Positions 27,577 to 35,216 of a DNA stretch of 35,216 nt are shown piece by piece. Location: positions 1-35,216 of IMG/VR virus record IMGVR_UViG_3300025738_000168; one strand, 5' to 3'. Position 1 is the stretch's first letter, and every line of letters starts with the position of its first letter. This DNA is from a virus. Taxonomy: Duplodnaviria; Caudoviricetes. The notes under the pieces are model-generated. The model searched no databases. It saw only the letters and a list, made by a program, of their open reading frames with translations, and was not told the origin of the DNA. Position numbers and translations under genes: made by a program.

Positions 27577-27741
27577 GTTATGAGTCGTATCCATTAATCA
27601 ATACTCAAATACATCAGTTTATTTTTCACCTAAGCACTCTTTTGCTAATACATAAATGTCTTTAAAAGCTCTTAAAACTTCACACTCTCAGAAATATCAA
27701 TAATTGAATATTGAGCCCCTTTTTTAGGTTTTGTTTAAAAT

Positions 27742-27771
27742 ACAACAGCCACTAATTAAAGTGGCTGTTGT
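27742..27771 (-). terminator. Intrinsic terminator after the immunity gene
   Basis: ACAACAGCCACT-N6-AGTGGCTGTTGT, followed by a U-rich tract on the minus strand. Confidence 0.7.
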
Positions 27772-27777
27772 GATAAT

Positions 27778-28383
27778 TTATTTTTCTATTTTTATTTTAT
27801 TAAGCTCTTTTAAACGCTCATAACTTATTCTGTATGGCTTAAATGGTACGCCAATTGAAGCTAAGGCCTTTTCTGCTTTTATATGTAAATTATTCATATA
27901 CTCCGTATCTTCTATATCCCATAAAAAATTTCTGTTTTTTATCTCAAATTCTGAAAACTCTTGAGCTCGTTGATACAGTAATCCTAAAAATTCTATTTTG
28001 GGTAATACAATTTCTGAATCATATCCTTCTCTAGCATAATAATCATCTTCAGGCTCTAATTCATTTCTGTTTACGTATTTTAAAACTAATGTTTCTTTAT
28101 CTGGAGAATTTATTTTATATGAAATATTTTCTTGACCACACGTTGTTATTTGTAATGGTTTACTCTCTACAATTTCTTGCATTTCAGGTAAAAACATATT
28201 GGTAAACACATCCCCAATAAATAATTGATTAATACAAAACGTTTGCTCTTCATATTTTATAATAATATTTCCTGCTTCATGTTTTTTAAAAAAAGCTAAG
28301 TCACTATCACCTAAAGAACCAGCTTCCAGTAAACTAACAAATCTATCTCCATTATCGATATCTATATTTATTTCTATTTCCAT
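27778..28383 (-). CDS. Putative cytoplasmic immunity protein
   Basis: Acidic 201 aa protein with no signal peptide, starting 2 bp after the stop of the 866 aa toxin-like gene. Confidence 0.6.
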   Translation of the reverse strand: MEIEINIDIDNGDRFVSLLEAGSLGDSDLAFFKKHEAGNIIIKYEEQTFCINQLFIGDVFTNMFLPEMQEIVESKPLQITTCGQENISYKINSPDKETLVLKYVNRNELEPEDDYYAREGYDSEIVLPKIEFLGLLYQRAQEFSEFEIKNRNFLWDIEDTEYMNNLHIKAEKALASIGVPFKPYRISYERLKELNKIKIEK

Positions 28384-28385
28384 AT

Positions 28386-30986
28386 TTATCTTTTAATATC
28401 TACTATTGCTTTTAACTCATTTTTACTAACTGAAATAATACCTTCCCCTTTATTCGGGTAAAACATTCCTATTACTTCTTTTTTTCCTTTATATTTTGAC
28501 CCTATATACACTTCCATCCCACTACTTAATTTGACCAACTCCTCTTTCCTAGGGCGTGGGTATTGTGGCCCTTTATTTTTCTTAAGTATTGCCAATGCCT
28601 CATCTATATAATTAACTACATCATTTTGTGTAGTACCTGGAGGAAACATATCATTCGTTCCAGAAAGATATTTACTATTGTTAACATCAAAATGTTTCAT
28701 GATATGCTTATCAATAGTATGTTCTATCTCTATATCATGAAAGTATCTATTCTCTTGATTAAAATACTTTGGTTTTAAACCTGTGTTTACACTTTGTTTT
28801 GTAAAATTATCAATATTTTTGGTAATTCTCTCAAAATTTTTGTGGTTTCCTGAAACTGCTACCCATAAACTTTCTAATTTTTCTGGTTTTCCATTGGCTA
28901 CTCGTAACACTTTATCTAAACCAACAACATCATAACTAGCTTTTTCAACTAATTCTACAATTTTTTCATCCGTAGCCCCTGTTTGTTTTTCTATTGCTCT
29001 ATAGGTTCTAATAAATTTTTCCTCACTTACAAAATAGGAAGCATCATCTTGTTTTTGATAGTTGCTTAATAGTTTTTTCTGCTGTTCTGTTACATCAATA
29101 TCATCAACTTTATTTAGGATTTTATTATTTCTAGCTCCAGTTTCAACTCCCTTTTTATTTTTCTTGGAAGCTAACACTTCTGCCTTTTTTTTGCTTTTCT
29201 TTATTGCCTTTAACTCTTTTTTAGCAGCAGCATTCCCACTTCTTACTTTAGGATGAACCTCATCAAAAAACTTTTTATTTTTATTATAAATTTCTTCAAA
29301 AATCTTCTGTTTGGTTAGCTCATCAACACCGCCTAAGTTTTTTATCGTTTCTTCTAATACTTTAGGGTCAGACTTTCTTGCTGCTCCTATAATATTTTTT
29401 ATAACATCTTTTATATTTGCTACTTTAGCTAAGGCCCCTATATCTATTAATACCCCTAAGACAGATACTACTACCCAAACTATAGATGGCTCGTCGTTAG
29501 ATAGTTGCACATCATATACAGCTAATTTGTTTTTATATATATCTACTTCTTCATAGCTTAAATAAGCTCCAACTCCTAAATTTACTGCAGCCCCTAATAT
29601 TGCAAGCGTACCTGTACCGTAAGTAAGTATACCAACTGCTATTGCCATAGCCCCAATTACTAAACCATGTAATACTTTATTAGCAATCTCAGCTTCCATT
29701 TTATCTTTAATAATTAAATCAAAAACAGACCCTTCTTGTATAGATAAATTAGTTAATACTTCAGCAATAATATTTTTAAACTCAAAAACAGTATCATCTT
29801 TTAAAAGGTATTCTTTAGATTTTATAATATTTTCTCTGTGTCTGTTAATTTCATTTTGAAGAAACTTTTTAAGTTCTTGAGCTGTTTCTATTTGAGATAA
29901 CTTTTCAAAATTGAATCCTCTTTCTTTTGTTAATGGTATGTTTAACTTTAAAATTTCTTTTTTACCTGCTTGCTTATTTTCACTTAACTCTACATATTCT
30001 TTTGCTCTTTCCTTTTTTTCATGCTCAGCTAGATTATTCATATAATCTCTAGAATTTTTGACTTTTTGATAAGACTCTTTAGCGCTGGTACTTTTTATTT
30101 TTTTAAGGATATTCTTTACTGCCTTATCATTTTCAAGCGTCTTTTCTTCTTCATTTAAATAGCTTTCATAAGTCGTTAGACGGTTTAGCACATGACAATG
30201 CGCTTCATTTCGTATAACATTTATAAACTGCTTTGTAAGTTGTTCGTATTCTCCAATGTTTTTAAACCCATAATCTTTAACTAGTTTAGCTATATTATTA
30301 GATGAATTTGATAATATAACTAACCCAGCCCCAGCCAATTGAAGACTTGTACTTAATTTTAAATCGGTTCGATGCTGTAATAACTTTTCAAAAAGACATT
30401 CAGTTCCTTTTAATTTTTCAAAAGAATTTGTTTCTTCATATTGGGCAAAAGTCACTTCAGACTCTTGTTTTTTAATAGCTTTTAAAACTTCCTCTTTAGT
30501 TCTGTAAATACTAACTCCATCATAAACAAAAGAAAACTCTTTACCATCTATAAGTACGTATACTACATCTCCTTGTTTGGCGTATTCAAACTTGTTATAA
30601 CTAAACTTGGCATCTTTGGGTATATCGCTTAAGTTATACTCCCCCGTATGATAGTCTGCTGTTAAATACCCTATTTTAGTAATTTTATCTAAATCTTTTA
30701 CACTAGACTTATAAAAATTAGCACTGTTATAAGTAAAAGAATGTATAAATAAATCGTATTGCAATACATTTATATTCGTTGCTTGTACAGGCTTACCCGT
30801 TGGTATTAAATAACACCGTTTACTGTTTTCTTTTGCTAAAGCATATTTTTGAGCACCAATTTTATTTAAACCATCATAATTTGCTTTATGCTGTTGGTTC
30901 ATTTTATTAATCTCCACTATTAAATCTTGCAGTTTATAGAGTTCACTGGAGTCTTCTAAATATAGAGTGTGGGTTTTACGAATCAT
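28386..30986 (-). CDS. Putative polymorphic toxin: helical body, hydrophobic hairpin, C-terminal nuclease-like (EndoU/RNase-type) domain
   Basis: TM-like segments VLHGLVIGAMAIAVGILTYGTG.. and PSIVWVVVSVLGVLID; basic C-terminal domain H..KH..MFPPG..IDEAL..IGMFYP; followed by a small acidic ORF. Nuclease class is inference. Confidence 0.6.
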   Translation of the reverse strand: MIRKTHTLYLEDSSELYKLQDLIVEINKMNQQHKANYDGLNKIGAQKYALAKENSKRCYLIPTGKPVQATNINVLQYDLFIHSFTYNSANFYKSSVKDLDKITKIGYLTADYHTGEYNLSDIPKDAKFSYNKFEYAKQGDVVYVLIDGKEFSFVYDGVSIYRTKEEVLKAIKKQESEVTFAQYEETNSFEKLKGTECLFEKLLQHRTDLKLSTSLQLAGAGLVILSNSSNNIAKLVKDYGFKNIGEYEQLTKQFINVIRNEAHCHVLNRLTTYESYLNEEEKTLENDKAVKNILKKIKSTSAKESYQKVKNSRDYMNNLAEHEKKERAKEYVELSENKQAGKKEILKLNIPLTKERGFNFEKLSQIETAQELKKFLQNEINRHRENIIKSKEYLLKDDTVFEFKNIIAEVLTNLSIQEGSVFDLIIKDKMEAEIANKVLHGLVIGAMAIAVGILTYGTGTLAILGAAVNLGVGAYLSYEEVDIYKNKLAVYDVQLSNDEPSIVWVVVSVLGVLIDIGALAKVANIKDVIKNIIGAARKSDPKVLEETIKNLGGVDELTKQKIFEEIYNKNKKFFDEVHPKVRSGNAAAKKELKAIKKSKKKAEVLASKKNKKGVETGARNNKILNKVDDIDVTEQQKKLLSNYQKQDDASYFVSEEKFIRTYRAIEKQTGATDEKIVELVEKASYDVVGLDKVLRVANGKPEKLESLWVAVSGNHKNFERITKNIDNFTKQSVNTGLKPKYFNQENRYFHDIEIEHTIDKHIMKHFDVNNSKYLSGTNDMFPPGTTQNDVVNYIDEALAILKKNKGPQYPRPRKEELVKLSSGMEVYIGSKYKGKKEVIGMFYPNKGEGIISVSKNELKAIVDIKR

Positions 30987-31013
30987 AATAAGGAGTTTAT
31001 TGGTAGTATGTTA

Positions 31014-31358
31014 TTACAGTACTTCTACTGTTACTGGTTTTGGCTGTATGTGGTCAGAAAAAGAAGTTGTAATATTTAAACGTAAATCGTCCTCTTGCTC
31101 TATTTTGGCATCTCCTCCTAAATAGCAATTTTTAAATAGTACTTCCAAAGCTTTAAACTCGTCCATTTTTGAAGCTTGTAATACTGCTGAACGAATAGCG
31201 ATAGAAGGTTTTTTAAAGTAAGCATATAACACCGTGTCATCATCGTCAGTTATGCTTAATTTCACTACTCTTTTATGTTTGTACTTCCATTGGTTTAGTT
31301 GCCCTTGGGTAATATTCCCATCTAAAACCGCTGCAATATTTGTTGTTGTATCTTTCAT
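31014..31358 (-). CDS. Tail assembly chaperone (gpG-like)
   Basis: QLNQWKYKH..AYFKKPS..LFKNCYLGGD motif; first gene after the tube. Confidence 0.75.
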   Translation of the reverse strand: MKDTTTNIAAVLDGNITQGQLNQWKYKHKRVVKLSITDDDDTVLYAYFKKPSIAIRSAVLQASKMDEFKALEVLFKNCYLGGDAKIEQEDDLRLNITTSFSDHIQPKPVTVEVL

Positions 31359-31492
31359 TGTGGTTTTTGTTAAATGTATCCTTCAACCTGCTCAGGATAT
31401 TTATTAATTTATGTGTAGTATTATGAGAATAGGCTTTAGTGCTTTAAAACATTCTGACTCTCTAATACGTTGGTTTAAAATTTGTATGTCTA

Positions 31493-31684
31493 TTCATTTT
31501 TCTTGATAAAAATGAACCAAAAAATCAAGTCTGTATATTAAGAAATCGCTTCGCATCATTCACTTTAAAAGCTACATGCTTAAATTTTCGATTTACTCAC
31601 GGATTTTAATAATTCCAAATTTATGTGTTCGTGAACCTTTGGTTTGCAATTTCGTTTTTCCGTTCTTTATTTCTTAATACAGAC
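31493..31684. repeat. Structured intergenic element (REP/MITE-like or ncRNA)
   Basis: TTCATTTTT/AAAAATGAA stem whose loop CTTGAT is complementary to ATCAAG; long-range inverted repeat GTCTGTA(TA)TTAAGAAAT ... ATTTCTTAATACAGAC. Confidence 0.5.
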
Positions 31685-31729
31685 ATATTATGGAAAAACT
31701 GTACATTATTTATTGTACTTAATTAGTAT

Positions 31730-31782
31730 AAAAAAAAGAGGCTGTTAGAAATACTATATATGATAGTTCTATACAGCCTCTT
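31730..31782 (-). terminator. Intrinsic terminator after sheath and tube
   Basis: AAGAGGCTGT...ACAGCCTCTT stem with a long U tail on the minus strand. Confidence 0.7.
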
Positions 31783-31958
31783 GTATATGGTTTTGTTAAC
31801 GCGGACAAGCTGAAGAGGAAGTTAAATTGTGTTGCGGTACAAAAATATGTTCTCTAAACGCTGTTTTTGCTCACAGTATATAAAAGTGTTGCTCTTGTTG
31901 TCGGCTTATTTACAAAACCAAAGGGTATTTGGGGATTTCTATTTATAGCTTAAGGCTA

Positions 31959-32384
31959 TTAGTTCCACTCAATGTGAGAACAGATAAAGTCAAAAGCAAC
32001 ATCAATTTTAGTATCACCTTGGCTAATTCCTCTACTGTTAGAGTTGAATTCACAGTTTCTTACTGTATGAGTAATAACGTTATCGCTATCATCTAAATAA
32101 CTTACAATAATACTAAAAGGTGCTACGTCCTGTAAGCGTTGTCCGCTTGGTAAAGCAGCTAAAATCTTTTCTACTTCATAATTATACATGGTCATAGAAG
32201 CTTTTGCCTCATATTTCCCTCTACCTCTGTGTACTGGCATATCTCCTGCACCATAGTGGTTTTCTTTCGCTACTGAATCGTCGTAGTTTACTGCAGTAAT
32301 ACCAGTAATGATGTTACCTAAAATACTTACTTCTACTGATGACCAACTGTGTTGTTGTCCGTTTATTAATGGTAATGTGTTCAT
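31959..32384 (-). CDS. Phage tail tube protein
   Basis: INGQQHSWSSV, YGAGDMPVHRGRGKY and HTVRNCEF..QGD motifs; 141 aa, directly after the sheath. Confidence 0.85.
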   Translation of the reverse strand: MNTLPLINGQQHSWSSVEVSILGNIITGITAVNYDDSVAKENHYGAGDMPVHRGRGKYEAKASMTMYNYEVEKILAALPSGQRLQDVAPFSIIVSYLDDSDNVITHTVRNCEFNSNSRGISQGDTKIDVAFDFICSHIEWN

Positions 32385-32420
32385 ATTGTTTTTGTGTTTC
32401 TTTTGTATTAATTAATAAGA

Positions 32421-33743
32421 TTAGGCTTTGTCAATTCCGAAAGGATTTTTGAATCCTAAATCAACCATAATTCTACGTGCTGTACCTACAGGAATAATTT
32501 CTGCTTTAATACGTAATTCAGACGTTGCTAAAATGTTTTGCTTAGGATCAACATACACATCAAATTGTGATACTTCCCCGTTAGATATCATTCCTTCTAA
32601 AGCTACTCTACATAATGTTTCAAAATCTTTAGAAACTACTAATGGTAATTCTCCAGTGTTACTAATTAAAACAGGAGAAGCAATTTTTGTAACCAATGCA
32701 GTACGTAACAAACGAGTTGCTTTGTTAATAGTACGGTTGTTCTCTACATAAGCAAAGTCAGACGTTCCTGCTGTTGCAGTATGACTATCGTTAAAATATA
32801 CTCCTGGGAAACCAACGTGTTTTTTTGCAAAAACGTAACGCATGTCGTTCAATGTTGATAAATCTCCTGTAGTTGCTAATTTTTTAGCTCCTACAAAACC
32901 TGCTTTTGCAAATCCTTCACCTGCTAAGTTGAATTTTTCAACCCAAGCAATATTTTCAGAAACTTTAGCACCAGAAACAGCACCTAAAGCTACTCCTACT
33001 GCTGCAGTGTTAACGTAATTAGCCTCCGCTCCTTTTTCAGGATCCATAGCAACTACTACTGATACGTTTTCTGCTCCAGAATCTTTTAAGTTTGGCATTG
33101 TCCCAATAGCATCTGCTTTAAACCCTTTTCCTTCTAATAAAATTTCAAAAGGCATGTAAAGCGCATACGCTTCTCCTGCTTGAGTTTGTGCAACTGAAAT
33201 TGCTGATGCTGTTCCAGTAAAAGCTAAATCAGCTGTTACATCTGAATAGATTACTGCCATTTGACGGATAGCTCCTTCTGCTTCAACTTGCATGTCTTTT
33301 GCTAAAGCAACAACATCTTCATATGCTCCCAGAGCACTGTCATCAGCTTTTTTAGATACAGCCATAATGAATAAATCACCTGAAGGATTCATTCTAAAAT
33401 ACTGTTGAATTTGGTAGTAAGCTGATTGTCCAGCAGCATCATAAGCAGCTGTAATTCCTAATGCTTCAGCATCGTCTAAAGAAGCTAATCGATAAAGTGT
33501 TTCCGTATCAAATAACTGCTTAGAGTATTGATCCGCTGTAGCATTTAAATCTGCTGCATCTGTTGGTTCAACAGGATGCAAGGTAGTTGTGTAACTATCT
33601 TTACCATCTACTGTAATTTTTCTTTTTACTTCAAAAACGTCTTTCCCGTCAAAAAGTAAACCAGAGACCATGTCCTGGCTAGGATTTCTTCTTCCTAATC
33701 CGCCTGATAGTTTGTTAATTACTACGTCGTTTAATGTACCCAT
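32421..33743 (-). CDS. Contractile tail sheath protein (DUF2586-like)
   Basis: LNDVVINKLSGGLGR, GVYFND, DFAYVENNRTINKA.R and VDPKQNILATS..IIPVGTARRI motifs. Confidence 0.85.
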   Translation of the reverse strand: MGTLNDVVINKLSGGLGRRNPSQDMVSGLLFDGKDVFEVKRKITVDGKDSYTTTLHPVEPTDAADLNATADQYSKQLFDTETLYRLASLDDAEALGITAAYDAAGQSAYYQIQQYFRMNPSGDLFIMAVSKKADDSALGAYEDVVALAKDMQVEAEGAIRQMAVIYSDVTADLAFTGTASAISVAQTQAGEAYALYMPFEILLEGKGFKADAIGTMPNLKDSGAENVSVVVAMDPEKGAEANYVNTAAVGVALGAVSGAKVSENIAWVEKFNLAGEGFAKAGFVGAKKLATTGDLSTLNDMRYVFAKKHVGFPGVYFNDSHTATAGTSDFAYVENNRTINKATRLLRTALVTKIASPVLISNTGELPLVVSKDFETLCRVALEGMISNGEVSQFDVYVDPKQNILATSELRIKAEIIPVGTARRIMVDLGFKNPFGIDKA

Positions 33744-33987
33744 AATATTTATTTAATTGTTTAAGGTTTATGTTATTATTTTGTGTTTTATTTTAAAATT
33801 GAGCAAAAAAATGGCTGTCATAAGTAGTTAAACTTATTGTTATCAAATACTTGCGTTTTTAAAATGATATGCTGTAATCGGTTACCTCAGTTATGAGATA
33901 TCGTTTTTGAAGTGTGTGTTATAACCAATACTTCAAATGGTATTTATTAGTAATTCCTAGTGAAAAACTTGTTTGTGCTAGCAAGAA

Positions 33988-34052
33988 CAAATTTAAAACT
34001 CAAGGTTGGAATTACCAATTTTTTAAGCTTCCAAAGCCAGTAGTTTCAGTGC
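33988..34052 (-). promoter_or_regulatory. Locus box GCACTGAAACTACTGG (34037-34052) plus -7 element TAAATTTG (33988-33995)
   Basis: 41 nt spacer; upstream of the sheath/tube operon. Confidence 0.78.
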
Positions 34053-34053
34053 T

Positions 34054-34233
34054 TTATGCACTCGCTTGTAATGATATTCCTTCATTTATAATAGTATAAA
34101 TGGTACGCTCCGTTAAAAACAAGCTTTCTGATAATTCAGCTACTACTACCTTCATTTGTTTGGCTTGATTTTCATTCATATAGTTTAATACAAAATCTCT
34201 TCTTTTGTCTAATAATATTCTGCTTCTTTTCAT
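34054..34233 (-). CDS. Small HTH DNA-binding protein absent from the ORF track (59 aa), Mor/C-like activator candidate
   Basis: Hand translation MKRSRILLDKRRDFVLNYMNENQAKQMKVVVAELSESLFLTERTIYTIINEGISLQASA; ELSESLFLTERTIYTII is a typical HTH recognition segment. Confidence 0.78.
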   Translation of the reverse strand: MKRSRILLDKRRDFVLNYMNENQAKQMKVVVAELSESLFLTERTIYTIINEGISLQASA

Positions 34234-34265
34234 ATTTAATATCGCTTAGTAGGTTAATAAAGGGC

Positions 34266-35087
34266 TTAGTTGTTTAGTTTTATCGTTTTTACTTCATCAG
34301 GATTACCACTTACAGTATTGTCTGTAGCTTCAATAGGGTCATTACCTATAACATTTCCTTCCGCATCTGTTATTAAATCTAAAATATCATCATCATCTAA
34401 ATCTGGATTTGTGATTATAGTTGTTTCAGGACTTGGAGCTATATCCTCCTTTGCAGCATTATTTGATGTTACACTATTCAGGTATAAATTTCCAGCAACT
34501 TTAGTAGTGTTGTCAATTTTAATATAGTTACTTTCTCTCCCATTAGTTTCCTCATCAGTTAAAGGAGCATACCCCATTTTTATTAAATCAGTATCAGAAA
34601 CGCCATTTTTTAATAGGGTATACCTCTTTTTCAGAGTATTTTCTATTAAGGTAGTTTTGTAGGTAATTTCCCAAATGAAGTAATCGTTTTTATCCCAATA
34701 TTCATGTTCATTTGTACATTGCTTTTCATGAACTTTAAAAGTTGCATTAGTGTCAATAAATGCTAAATCAGTTTTTCCAGAAATTATTGCTTTGTCTATC
34801 GCATGTGCAAATTCAAAAGCTTTCTCATAACTTTCATTTGGTGAAATAACTCCTTTAGGTAATACTATATATAAACAAAAATTAACATCAGCTTTATATG
34901 TTTTTTCAGATGAGGTTTCCCAATCTATAGCATCATACTTAAATAATATCACTGGATTAACAATTTCTGTTTTAAAAATATTATCCGTGTAAAGATGGAT
35001 AAGGGTATTGTCTTCTAAATTGGAATTATAAGAAAGTTCTTCAGTTATGGCTTTTCTTTTCTCTGTATAAAAATCTTTTAAAATCAT
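34266..35087 (-). CDS. Tail terminator/completion protein (Mu gp37-like) with acidic C-terminal extension
   Basis: MILKDFY..I.LY..PVILF...IDW..FCLYIV pattern; upstream of the sheath; Asp/Thr-rich tail. Confidence 0.6.
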   Translation of the reverse strand: MILKDFYTEKRKAITEELSYNSNLEDNTLIHLYTDNIFKTEIVNPVILFKYDAIDWETSSEKTYKADVNFCLYIVLPKGVISPNESYEKAFEFAHAIDKAIISGKTDLAFIDTNATFKVHEKQCTNEHEYWDKNDYFIWEITYKTTLIENTLKKRYTLLKNGVSDTDLIKMGYAPLTDEETNGRESNYIKIDNTTKVAGNLYLNSVTSNNAAKEDIAPSPETTIITNPDLDDDDILDLITDAEGNVIGNDPIEATDNTVSGNPDEVKTIKLNN

Positions 35088-35106
35088 ATGTTGCTATTAT
35101 TTTTGA

Positions 35107-35172
35107 CAAATATCAAACATATGTTTCAATTACACAACGTCATATTACAGATCTTAACAGTAGTTTCAGTAA
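35107..35172 (-). promoter_or_regulatory. Locus box TTACTGAAACTACTGT (35157-35172) with an imperfectly spaced -7 element
   Basis: Box is clear; candidate -7 elements are GATATTTG (35107-35114, 42 nt spacer) or TATGTTTG (35114-35121, 35 nt spacer). Confidence 0.65.
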
Positions 35173-35216
35173 TATGCACTAATCAACATAGTTTAAATAA
35201 CCGTTCAACTCAATAA

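Noticed and set aside
12954-33743. Interpretation as a canonical T6SSiii or Afp/PVC-type eCIS
   Set aside because: No recognisable TssB/C, Hcp, ClpV, TssN-P, Afp15 ATPase or DUF4157; sheath, tube and baseplate motifs are of the prophage type.
33914-34099. 61 aa + strand ORF
   Set aside because: Overlaps the sheath promoter box and the better-supported minus-strand HTH ORF.
796-34527. Remaining short antisense ORFs in the track (e.g. 796, 4541, 5260, 13603, 21199, 25074, 25582, 32428)
   Set aside because: Nested antisense to long motif-bearing genes, with no recognisable features.
3641-35172. Repeated 16-17 bp box as CRISPR repeats, att sites or IS ends
   Set aside because: Copies are kilobases apart, tied to operon starts, and no cas, integrase or transposase gene is present.

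Overview
Very AT-rich Bacteroidota DNA (Flavobacteriaceae/Tenacibaculum-like, inferred from TAnnTTTG promoters, lipoprotein signals and gene families). It carries a near-complete contractile phage-tail gene set of the Bacteroidota Mu/P2-like type: tail terminator, DUF2586-like sheath, tube, two chaperone paralogs, DUF6046-like tube initiator, hub, spike, gp25-like, LysM/tail-X, baseplate J/I-like, three fibre-like proteins and a holin/endolysin/spanin-like lysis cassette. No capsid, portal, terminase, integrase, replication gene or recognisable tape measure is present in the window. The locus instead carries toxin-like cargo: an 866 aa putative nuclease toxin plus immunity gene in the tape-measure slot, a 1133 aa TIGR02594-type peptidoglycan amidase effector followed by three lipoproteins separated by orphan toxin C-terminal remnants, and a 1140 aa possible pore-forming protein. 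Seven copies of a direct-repeat box (yTACTGAAACTACTGA) precede the operons; six lie exactly 41 nt upstream of a Bacteroidota -7 promoter element. An unannotated 59 aa HTH ORF is the candidate activator. Best reading (inference): a domesticated, co-regulated, lysis-released tailocin or contractile injection system armed with polymorphic toxins. Family assignments come from motif recognition by eye; no database searches were run.
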